Shown in pieces: positions 18,442-28,500 of a stretch of 64,000 nucleotides of DNA. Each line of letters opens with the position of its first letter. Within the stretch, counting starts at the first letter, position 1. Made by a program: the position numbers and the translations under genes. The stretch comes from a virus. The stretch is from positions 1 through 64,000 of the IMG/VR virus record IMGVR_UViG_3300030108_004965. One strand, given 5' to 3'. The notes beneath the pieces were generated by a model. It did not search any database and was not told where the DNA came from. It saw only the letters and a list, made by a program, of their open reading frames with translations.

Positions 18442-20317
18442 TCTTAGTCACTCGTAATTTGTATGTGAATGGTTGCTCCTCGTATGTTGAAGTATCCGGA
18501 TCATACACCGAGATTTTTACTCCGTATGTGTAGTTTTCTTCTAGTAGAGATGCATCTAAATCAAAGTAATTACCGGATAGATCATACGACAACCTTGTTC
18601 CGTTCACCGAACCAGTATCATAAGGTATGACAACTTTGTCATCGACAATTCTGTAAACCTGATATGATGCACTTTCAAAAATTAAACTATCTGGTACACT
18701 AGTCGCTGTTGTAAAAATGTTTGGAGACCAATTTTTTCTTCTTGCGTACAATCTTATCCTGTGTGTTTGGTCGCACCTGTAGGTGTTATTCTTGTTGCTT
18801 ACGCTCAGGACATATTTATCGGTATCAGAATAATTCAACGCTCCAAATCTTTTTACTTCAATTGACCCGGTACTGAATTGCGCTGATGTTTTTGAGGCAT
18901 CTGCTACTGTGTTGCTTCCGCTAAACCAAACATCATAAACAGTCTCTATTGTGGAGGAACCGGTATAGGCAAAAGATGCCGAATAAATCCCAGTTGACAC
19001 AACCCCTCCGGTCACAACGTAAGTATTGCTTGAAACACTAGTTCCATCCTCCACTAGTTTCAACGCAGATCCGGAAGGAGATGAGTTATCCTCCGATCCA
19101 GAAAACAAACTAACCATAATATAAGGAAACTCTGATCCTATTGACGGAATGTTTGTTAGTCTACCTCTAGCATAGTTGTAGAGGTAAATCGTATTCATGT
19201 TATCTTCACCCGATACTAACGAACTACTTAAATAAAAATTTCCTCTATCATCTCTAACACTAGAATCCCATCTAGCTTCAAGAACTGGTTTGCTGAAAAA
19301 GTAACTTGTAGATCTGGCGAATAATTTTTTTGTATAATATGATCTCGCGGAATCTTCCAGAGAGGAACTAACCTTAATCATCAAACCATTGTTTTCTCTT
19401 GTTCCATCAATCCATGTGTTAACAAGAGAGGTCACATCTACCTCTAAGTCTTCATCACCAACGGCTAGGCTCACTGGTGTAATAAAAGAGCCAGACGTTG
19501 CCCCGGCGGTTCTCCAACTTGAGTCTCCAGCATGCCAGACCTCTGGTGTTAGAACATTCTCTGCCCAAGTGCCTTGTTTTGATACTGTTTCTTGTGGTGA
19601 TCCTGTCGCCGATGCTGTTACATAAACTGCGTTGTCAATTATGTTTGCTGAGAAATTGTCATTACCATCAACGGCATTTTTAAATGCTAAGGCAATTGCT
19701 TCTTTGTTTACAGCAGATGCGATATTAATCTGAATTTCCAGTTCTTCTCCGGGAGCAGAGTCACCACCACCATCATTAAACCAAAAAGCACCATAAACAC
19801 TTGTCGCAGTATATAATTTCACCCACTTAACACCAGCGCCTGCACCATAATCTGTTCTTGAATCGGATTCAAATGTAAACTTTGTTATTTCTCTGATATT
19901 GCCGCCCTGTCTTTTTACCCAATTGGAACCTTTGATGTTGTAGGTTAAATCTGTGTAACCTTCCATGTCAAGGCCAGTGCCTTCTTCCCAAGATTGCTCT
20001 AAGTTTGTTACTTCTAATGAGTAATTTCTAGGTAATTGCTGACTGTGCTTGGCGTTGAACAATTTTAAATAAAATGACGACCCAGACGCAATCGTTCCAT
20101 TGTTTTTGTCTTGGGCTATCTGGTTCACATCAAACTCTATTAATACTCTTGATTTTTCTGTTGATAGCCCAGCGGAACTGGATGATTGTCCGTAAATGGA
20201 GAAAACTTCCAAAATGTCAGACTCTCCCATGTTGGAGCCAGTTGCTCTAGTTAACATGTCTTTTCCGAACGCATTCGTGATCGTATTGTCTTTTGTAGCG
20301 TCGTATCTTTTTATCAT
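18431..20317 (-). CDS. Baseplate-associated structural protein with DNRLRE/CBM96-like domain (628 aa)
   Basis: ATKDNTI...SRVLIEFD...LKLFNA...SWEEGTG...WxxAG...DVTSLVNTWIDG..ENNGLMIK pattern; directly follows the gp6-like wedge gene. Confidence 0.6.
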   Translation of the reverse strand: MIKRYDATKDNTITNAFGKDMLTRATGSNMGESDILEVFSIYGQSSSSAGLSTEKSRVLIEFDVNQIAQDKNNGTIASGSSFYLKLFNAKHSQQLPRNYSLEVTNLEQSWEEGTGLDMEGYTDLTYNIKGSNWVKRQGGNIREITKFTFESDSRTDYGAGAGVKWVKLYTATSVYGAFWFNDGGGDSAPGEELEIQINIASAVNKEAIALAFKNAVDGNDNFSANIIDNAVYVTASATGSPQETVSKQGTWAENVLTPEVWHAGDSSWRTAGATSGSFITPVSLAVGDEDLEVDVTSLVNTWIDGTRENNGLMIKVSSSLEDSARSYYTKKLFARSTSYFFSKPVLEARWDSSVRDDRGNFYLSSSLVSGEDNMNTIYLYNYARGRLTNIPSIGSEFPYIMVSLFSGSEDNSSPSGSALKLVEDGTSVSSNTYVVTGGVVSTGIYSASFAYTGSSTIETVYDVWFSGSNTVADASKTSAQFSTGSIEVKRFGALNYSDTDKYVLSVSNKNNTYRCDQTHRIRLYARRKNWSPNIFTTATSVPDSLIFESASYQVYRIVDDKVVIPYDTGSVNGTRLSYDLSGNYFDLDASLLEENYTYGVKISVYDPDTSTYEEQPFTYKLRVTKNEY

Positions 20318-22116
20318 CTGATTAGTGTTCCTTTTATATCTAATTTTGGAAACTTTAATTCCATAACTACATTCTGTGGTGTTTTTAAAAATGTTCCATC
20401 CATAGACATTGCTTCATCAAAATCAAATAAGGTATTTGAATATCTTCCACCATTTTTTTTATAAATACTAACCTTTTTGACATCTGCTACGCCATCTATT
20501 TTCCCCAACACACTGTACAATCGTGTCAAGTAAATTGGCTCACCGATGTATAATTGATTAGAAAAATAATCAGTCAAAGTATTGACACACCTTCCTATTA
20601 TATCAAACTGTTTAAACCTTTCGTCAACGACTATTTTGAAATCAATACCAAAATTAACTATTCTTGCGTCATAGATGTCGATAACATCATTTAAACCTTT
20701 GTAGTTTTTTATCCAGTTCTTGACATTAGATTTTATTTTGCTATTTGAAGCAACCAGTTTACCATCTGAGTTTTCGGAGATGAGGTACATCGCTATTCTT
20801 CTATTTGTCGCACTCGGGTCATTGACTACATTAACTCTCTTGATTAAACCGAATTTTTTTGGCATGTTATAGATTGCGGACTCATAATCCTGCTTGGTAA
20901 CTGCTCTATTCTGAGACGAATAAAACGTTTTTGCTCTAACTTTTAACTCTTCGTTAGTTATTTCTTCTGTGCTTCCAACTATGGGCTCTTCATTTGTTAC
21001 TTCAATTGAGTTTATTACTTCCGATACTTGTGATCCGTTCAAGCTTTGTAAATCGTCAAATTTTATTTTTCTTGTTTGTAATTCTGTTATTGTATTTACT
21101 CCGGCATTAACATTATCGGCATTATTACTTTTTGCTATGACAATCAATTTCGTATTTGATGGTGCAATTCCTAATTTTGTAGTCCCTAATAGTTTCGACG
21201 GATCAAAAGAAAGATCAGAAATACTTCTCTTTCCATGCATTTTTAATGCAACTTGAGCAGGATCTACAAGACCATCAGATTCGTTTGTTTCTGATCCAAA
21301 ACCAAATTGTAAAAATGTACCAGTATCATCTTGCTCAAAAGTGAACCTTCTGGCTGCAACAAATGGCTTCATAATACTACGAACTCCATCGTTCAAAGCG
21401 TTTTGGTTTGTGGTTTCTTTAAAAACTACTTCTTGTGCAAGGTTATCAACCTCATAATATTCGTTGCCATCTGAGTCTTTAACTGAGATTATTTCTGTTA
21501 TGTCTATGCCGCCAACACGCACTTTTCTAAATTTTTCAAATGATGAATTACTCAAATCTGAAACTATTCTCTGATGTATTCCCGATACTATTTGCCCATA
21601 AGCTTTTACTGCAAAATGTGTCGTCTCTCCAGTCGTATCATTGAAACGTGCTGCTACAATTTCGTTGTTAGGCTCGTCAAAACGAACATCTTCTGTCAGA
21701 ATAAAAGTTCCGCCATTTGAAGAATTAAAAGAAGTCCCTCTTTGTATTGTCGGCATGTATGAGTAATCTGGTGCTGTTCCATCACTGTTTGACGGAACCA
21801 GACAGAACATGGCTATAGTGCCATAAGAACTAGCGGAACCAGCAAACTTGTAACCTAGTGCTCTTGCGTGTTTTCTGATGTTTGCAAATTCTATAGAGGT
21901 TTCTAAAAAACTTTCGTTAACCTGATAATCGAGATAATAAGATAAAACATCGCCTATGTACGAAACAGAATCAACTAAAAAAGAATTAATGGTAGATTTA
22001 GAAAAATCCTTCCATTCTTCTGAATAATATCTCTTGGCATGATTTATCAGATCATTTTTTATTGAATCATAGTCTCTACTTGTGTAATCTATTGGCGTGT
22101 TTTTTAGTTTTGACAT
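20314..22116 (-). CDS. Baseplate wedge subunit (T4 gp6 / baseplate J-like, 600 aa)
   Basis: IDYTSRDYDSIKNDL...IGDVLSYYLDYQVNESFLETS...ARALGYK N-terminus and QNRAVTKQDYE motif. Confidence 0.88.
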   Translation of the reverse strand: MSKLKNTPIDYTSRDYDSIKNDLINHAKRYYSEEWKDFSKSTINSFLVDSVSYIGDVLSYYLDYQVNESFLETSIEFANIRKHARALGYKFAGSASSYGTIAMFCLVPSNSDGTAPDYSYMPTIQRGTSFNSSNGGTFILTEDVRFDEPNNEIVAARFNDTTGETTHFAVKAYGQIVSGIHQRIVSDLSNSSFEKFRKVRVGGIDITEIISVKDSDGNEYYEVDNLAQEVVFKETTNQNALNDGVRSIMKPFVAARRFTFEQDDTGTFLQFGFGSETNESDGLVDPAQVALKMHGKRSISDLSFDPSKLLGTTKLGIAPSNTKLIVIAKSNNADNVNAGVNTITELQTRKIKFDDLQSLNGSQVSEVINSIEVTNEEPIVGSTEEITNEELKVRAKTFYSSQNRAVTKQDYESAIYNMPKKFGLIKRVNVVNDPSATNRRIAMYLISENSDGKLVASNSKIKSNVKNWIKNYKGLNDVIDIYDARIVNFGIDFKIVVDERFKQFDIIGRCVNTLTDYFSNQLYIGEPIYLTRLYSVLGKIDGVADVKKVSIYKKNGGRYSNTLFDFDEAMSMDGTFLKTPQNVVMELKFPKLDIKGTLIR

Positions 22117-22136
22117 CGGTTGCCCCTCTTAATCTT

Positions 22137-22143
22137 TAAATAG
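22137..22143 (-). promoter_or_regulatory. Putative late-promoter motif CTATTTA upstream of the baseplate wedge gene
   Basis: In the 42-nt intergenic gap: aaaCTATTTAaagattaaGAGGGGcaaccgATG. Confidence 0.5.
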
Positions 22144-22158
22144 TTTAAACAACAAAAG

Positions 22159-22533
22159 TTAAATTTTTGTCGTCAAATCAAAAACCTCATTGATTACAGA
22201 GTCAGATGTTCTATATTCTATGCGTATTTTCATTACATTATTATCTATGTTATCAAAATTTATGTCTATATTTTCTATTCTGATGTACGGCATGTACAAG
22301 CCGGCTTGTTTTGTTATCCTGTTTTCTATTGTTGTTGAAACTTGTGGCCCACTTTGTTCAAAAAGAAAACCAGATAGCCCCACGCCAAAAATGGGATCCA
22401 TTACATATTCTCCGGGGTTAGTTAATAATAGCATTTTTAAATTTTGCTGTATGGCTTCTTTTGTTTCACTGTCTTTAAATGATTGCAGGCCGTGATCGCC
22501 AATTTTTATAGGAAGTATTAGGGAAATAGACAT
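22159..22533 (-). CDS. Baseplate protein, GPW/gp25 family
   Basis: IQQNLKMLLLTNPGEYVMDPIFGVGL..FLFE motif; adjacent to the wedge gene. Confidence 0.9.
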   Translation of the reverse strand: MSISLILPIKIGDHGLQSFKDSETKEAIQQNLKMLLLTNPGEYVMDPIFGVGLSGFLFEQSGPQVSTTIENRITKQAGLYMPYIRIENIDINFDNIDNNVMKIRIEYRTSDSVINEVFDLTTKI

Positions 22534-22535
22534 TT

Positions 22536-25500
22536 TTATGCTCCATCAAACATTTTTTGAAAATCGTTCTTACATTCGTTTCCATCTTTATCAAATGGAC
22601 TGATGTCTATTATTCTCCACTTTTGCCACCAACGAACACTTGAGTCTATGTTTATATATGAATTTGGTAGTAAATTTTTCAAAAATTCAACATTCCGATC
22701 TTTCTTTTCTCGTCGACCTTCTTCTTTGACATCATCATCAGTCCTGTATGTCGCATTGAATAATTTTCTTGCGGCTTTTTTTGATTTTTTGAAAATCGCC
22801 GCCTTCCAAGCGTCGTTAGCCAAGCCTTTTGCATCTTCATCGGTCTCATGGGACTCAGTATCCCCGACATCTTCGCCAATTGAATGTATAAAACAATAGT
22901 AAGAGTAAATAGCCATCAATGAAACATAAGGCTTAGAAGGAAAACATACATCAAATAAGAAATCAAAATCCTCTTGCATTGTTAAATTATCAACGTAGCA
23001 CTTTAAATCTTCGCCAAAATCATCATCTTCCAGATCTATTTCAGAAATTTTTCTATCTAGTATGTCTTTTTCATAAACGACTACTGGTATTGCTCTTGTT
23101 GATGAGGCAAGTTGCACTTCTAAAGAATCAGATAATTCATTCAAGTACCCTTCTTGTACGGTCAATGGAAAATTTTCTAACATTTTTTTGAAAGAAGGTT
23201 TTGTTTTTGCAATCATTTTTGCTGGTGGTAAAGAATAGGTACGCTCTCGTTCCGTGTCCATCGTTTGCTCATAAGAAAACTGAGATGGAGGACTATAAAC
23301 TAATCTAACTCCAAATTTTATTCCTATTGTGCCATCTACCTTTTCTAAATCTTCTTCATCTAAAACTAAAGATGCATTACCAAAATTGTCCGAGATGTAA
23401 GAGCTTGGGTCATAATCTCTATTTTTTAAGATTTCTTGGAACTCTTTTATGTTGTACACTTGAGAACTACCAAGGGTTCCGTCTTGTGTTTTTTCAAATA
23501 CCCTCAAGTATTTTTCTAAATAGAAAAAACCAGCCTTATTGATTGATAATGCACTGTTTAATTTATCAGATATAAATGCATCAGCATACTCTCTCTTTAT
23601 TTCTTTGGTTGCAGCCGCTATAGCCTCTAGTGACTCTTTTATTTTTCTTGGATTTAAAGAGACTGTTGTGTTTTCAAGAGTTGCTCGAGCAACATCAACC
23701 AAAACATCATCTAAAATACCGGAAGATCCCTCGGCAAAAAAATCATCTAAATTTGTAACACCTTCCGGAGTAGAAAGGTTTTCTGATCCGACTGAAATCT
23801 CCATTCCATTTAAAGGATGAGAAGAATCATCAGCAGTTCTTACATGTGGTACGCTCCCATAATCAATACCAGATTGGCCTTCAAAAACTGGTTGTTCTAC
23901 GTCGGTTTCGCCGCTTTTTAGAGTTGACCCTAAAACGATACCGGCACGAGACAACAAAGATTTTCTAATATCATAGATGTGAGGTCGTGGCCGCAGATTG
24001 AAGTCGATTTTTTTAACCAAATCGGAGATTTCTTTTTTTAACATTTCTCCTGCTATGACCTCGGCTGTTCCCATCGAATCATAAATTGATGCTATTTTGG
24101 CAGCAAGATTAATCTTGAAAGGAGAAAGCATACGTGCAATTTTTAATGAAATCTTTTTATATGTTTTTTCATCGTCTAAATCCACTCCCTTTTCTCTCAA
24201 CTCTTTTTTCCAATAAGGACCAAAAGCAATAATGGCAGTGCCCTTGATTAGTTCTCTTTTATTAAGATAGTCATAATTTCTTTGCGTAGAGTTTATTTGA
24301 TCAAATGCGGCAGTTATGGCATCTGTTTTTTCTAATAGTCCGTCTTTTACTTGCCTTTGAACCACTTGAACAATCTGCTCAAGGAACAACAAATAATAAG
24401 TAAAGCTTTGCACTATGTTGAATCTTGAGGTTTGATCTATCATACCATTTTTCATCTCGGACATAACAAACTGCGTCAGTGTCCCATCTATGTTATTTTG
24501 AGAAAAAGCTACACTCCCAAAAGTTGGTAGAGCCCTCAACACAAACTCTGTTGCATAAATTCTTAAAGTGGCAAGAACTGTGGCTTCCATGATACCATGT
24601 GTTTCTGGTGATGAGATTTTATCATACGGAGGCTCAAATCTACAATCAGGAGATAACGATAGCCTTTCATCAAATGGCAGCTTCCTTTCTACCTCTTTCG
24701 CTCTCTTTGCCAACGACTTAACATTCAGAAACCCAAGGTCCATTTCTTCGCACTCTCTTTCTTCTGGTATGAAGACTTTGATCATTCCCAACCAGCCATT
24801 GTATGTAGCCGGCTCGATGTAGATCCTAGGTCTTTTATAAGACCCGCCATGCAGAGCAGGATCCAAAAAGTGAACTCTAGGATTATCCGTGGCGCTTTTA
24901 CCAAGTACGCCATCTTCGTTTTCATATGTGTATTCCCATGTCGATTCATCAGATGTTGCATCAGGATTTACATAAGTTAAGTCTGCGAATGTAATTGCTT
25001 GCTGGAAATCATAGCCAAAGTTAAAACCTGTCGGGGTACCGCCTCCGGGCTTTTCTAACACAAGGTTCCTCACGACATTCAATACTGATGAATTTATTTC
25101 ATTGAAAACAGCGCCGCGAGTTCCATTTGTATTTAATTCTGTCCCTACTTTTGATTTTAAAAACGATTCAAAAAGGAGAGCCTGAAATGATTTGGAATCT
25201 GAATATTGAAAGTCATAATATTTATCAACATCAACAAAGTCTTGAGAATCTATATCTAAAATTTTATTTTTAACCTCGGTAGGTCTTAATGATTCCAGAG
25301 AGGGATTCATCAAAATGTTCATTGCTGACGGTTTTTGAACATATGTTTCAACTGCTGCTATCCTTTTTACTGATTTGTCTACTCTTTTTACGTAATATTT
25401 TAATTCAAACGACCAATTTGGCTCGCCGTCACCTGCTCCATTATCAGAAAATTTCATGCTTATTTGAGGCCCTGTTCCTGATTTGTAAACTAGTTTTTCT

Positions 25501-28500
25501 TTTTCTAATTGTTCTTTCATCCAAATTCCGACAGTTTCTGGGAACATTCCTTTTGCGCGATCTTCTTCAGCCGTACCCATTTTCCTCATTTGCCATGTGT
25601 ATAGTAAACTTCCGTTTTCTTCTCTAAATCTCCACTGATCCATGTCATTGACATAGTTTGCAAAAAGTATCGGTAAACTAACTCTCAACTCATGACCTCT
25701 AAGTCTAGCATTATTACTATCTCGTAACACATTATTCAAAAAAGACCTAGGTCTTCCAATAAGATCTGAATTGAATCTTCTTTGTAATTGATCAAAAATA
25801 GAATTTAACGCTTCAAGTTTATCCTCTGCTAGTTTTTCATCTTCAAAAACCAATGCTGTTTCGTCCACGGCACAATCCGCTGCTGCAGCAGTGGCTGCTG
25901 GTTGTAGTAATTTATTTAATGCTTGACCAAGCAAGCCGTCTAAATCATTCAGAGCGTCTGCTAAAGTCCCTATGTCATCTAGTGCTCTATCATTTGCTTT
26001 ATCCATAATGTCTTTAGCAGTATCAGAGTCTAAGCCTTGATCAGTATATAGTTTTTCTCTAGATCTACGCCAGTCCTCATATTGATCTTTTGTTAAGCAA
26101 ATGTTGTTATAAAGAGGCTGGTCTGGTTCCTCTGGTTGCTTTAAATTGTCTTTAATGTTCGGTGGTAACAAATTACCTCCGGCTGCGAACAGATCACCAA
26201 CTTGCTCAGGGGTACCTAGAACATCTGCAAAGTCAGGACAAAACACTTTCACTGATTCTGCTATTATGTTTAAAGTTCTTTGGTCCATTTCTTGCGGGGT
26301 ATTAGTCAATAGATTTATGTAATCTTGTTTTGACAAAATAGTATTCAAAAGGTTATATAAGCACTCCCAAGAATCAGGTGGAAGACCGGCTGCATTCATC
26401 ATGCCGTTACCGGCACCCCTTAGGTCATCATCGTCGCCGTTTGGACAAAAAGCATCTGCTAAAGCATCTCCTAGTGTATCTCCGCCCAAAGCTGCTTGAC
26501 CAGCAATACCAAGGCCTTTACACAATGCATCGTCCAAAATGCTAAAAATCTTTATCAAAAGACCTTTGACTATTTGTATCAATGCTTCACTTATTTTTTT
26601 TATAAATAAATTTCTTAGCCTCACCAACAAATAGTTTCCTTTAAAAAAGTTGGGTATTGGCTTAACTGAACTTGGGAATGTTAGTCCGGCTTGAATGGCT
26701 CCACAAGTATCTAAAGATAATGAAGATAGAAAACTTTTTATAGGAGGCTTGAACATTCCTTGAGATGCACATTTCGCTTGAGTTATAGCAAAAGGAACTA
26801 TTCTAGCACCCGGAAAACCATCAAGAATAGTCATAATCTGGTCAAATTGCATAACATCTAGCAAATATTCAATGTATGCATCTGTTATTAATTCTTGGGC
26901 ATTACCTAAGGCAGTACCGTATGTCCCGGGAGACCCTTTTTTATCCGGATCTCCTCCCATGTTTATTCTGGTAGCGTCGGACGCTAGTTCTGCTGCCTTT
27001 ACTCTTTCATCACTTGTTAGTTCTGCCCACTTGACCTCTAATTCTGTTCTTGTTTTTTCATCTTTTACTGCCTCTTCTAGATTCTCACCAGAGATGTGTG
27101 TTTCTAATTCTGTTTTTGCTTTTTCTAGTTCAGATTTACGTCTTTGAAATTCTTGTTCCATATCAGTATCTATAGATAAACCCTCGGGTGTTAAACGACC
27201 AGATTCATCTATGAGCTTTTCTCTCTCAGGAGATCCTACCCAACCTTCAATGTATTGGTCCCATTCATCAAGGCTTTCTTGAGCTAGTTTAACAGCTTCT
27301 CCCAAAAACTCGGCTTCTTCTTCAAATGCAATAATCTTTGCATCAACCTTATCTTTTGATCTTCTAACTTTGTTTTGCTTTTCCTCTAAACGTTCAGGCG
27401 GTGATTTTAAATATTCTGTGTAAGGATTGGTTTTATCCATGGCTCCAGCATCATAGCCTTCTTCCCAAGGCAACGGAAGACCTTCAAAATTTTTATTTAA
27501 CTTTTCCCTTAGTTCTTGTTGAACTGTTGGGGGTAGGCTTTCTACAAAATAACCAAAAACATCTATCTCCATCGCTTTCAATGTTGTTTTTATGATTTTT
27601 TTGAAAGCGGCCTCTTCTTCTACACCAGACATCAGGCACCTTAGTGATGTTAACAAGAGACTATCTAGGCCACAAAGACTTAGTCTGGATGAAATTTTTG
27701 CAACCTCATCGTTGTCTCCACCTTGTAAATCTGCGCCGGGGCTTTGTTTAGATTTTTGAAATGTGTCAAGAGCCAGAAGACTGGTTATCACATCGTCTTG
27801 TAAATTAAATTCGGCATAGGCTAATTTTTTAGCCTCTCTTACGTATGGGTGATCCTCTGCTCTTCGCTGTTTTCTTGCTTCAAGACCCGTCTTTCTTCTT
27901 TTTTTTGAAATTTCTTTATCTCGATTTCTTTTTGATAATTTATTTTCTATTTCCGCTAATTGTTGTCTTAAATTTGCTTCTTTCTCCACTGCTTGGGTAA
28001 GTTTTTCTCTGAATTTTTCGATTCTTGCTTGTTCACTGTATGAATATGTGCTCGCCATTAAATTACTTGATTCGTTTAGTTCTCGTATTGCTAGTTCTAA
28101 TCTTGAATCTAAAATTTTAATTTTTTCTGTAGTGGCTCTGATTTGTTCAAGTGTGCTCTCTTTTTTATCATACAAGTCTTGTAACACTCTGTCTTCATCT
28201 TCTTTTCTTTTTGTATCATCATAATTTTTTTTAGCATCCCTAGCAGTGGGATTTTTCTTTGTTTTCCAATAAATTTTTTCTGGTTCTGTGTCTGCTAATT
28301 CTTGTACTTTATCCTGATTATGCAACATAACACAGTTTTTAGAGTTCCATTCATATTGAAACACCTCTAAAATGCTTAACACCTCATTTAATACATAGTC
28401 CTGCAGGTCCATTCCAAATTCTGCTAGATTTTCTGCTATGCAACTGCCTGCGGTTTCTTCAACATCATCTATGCTTAACTCTCCATATCTTATAGATAAG

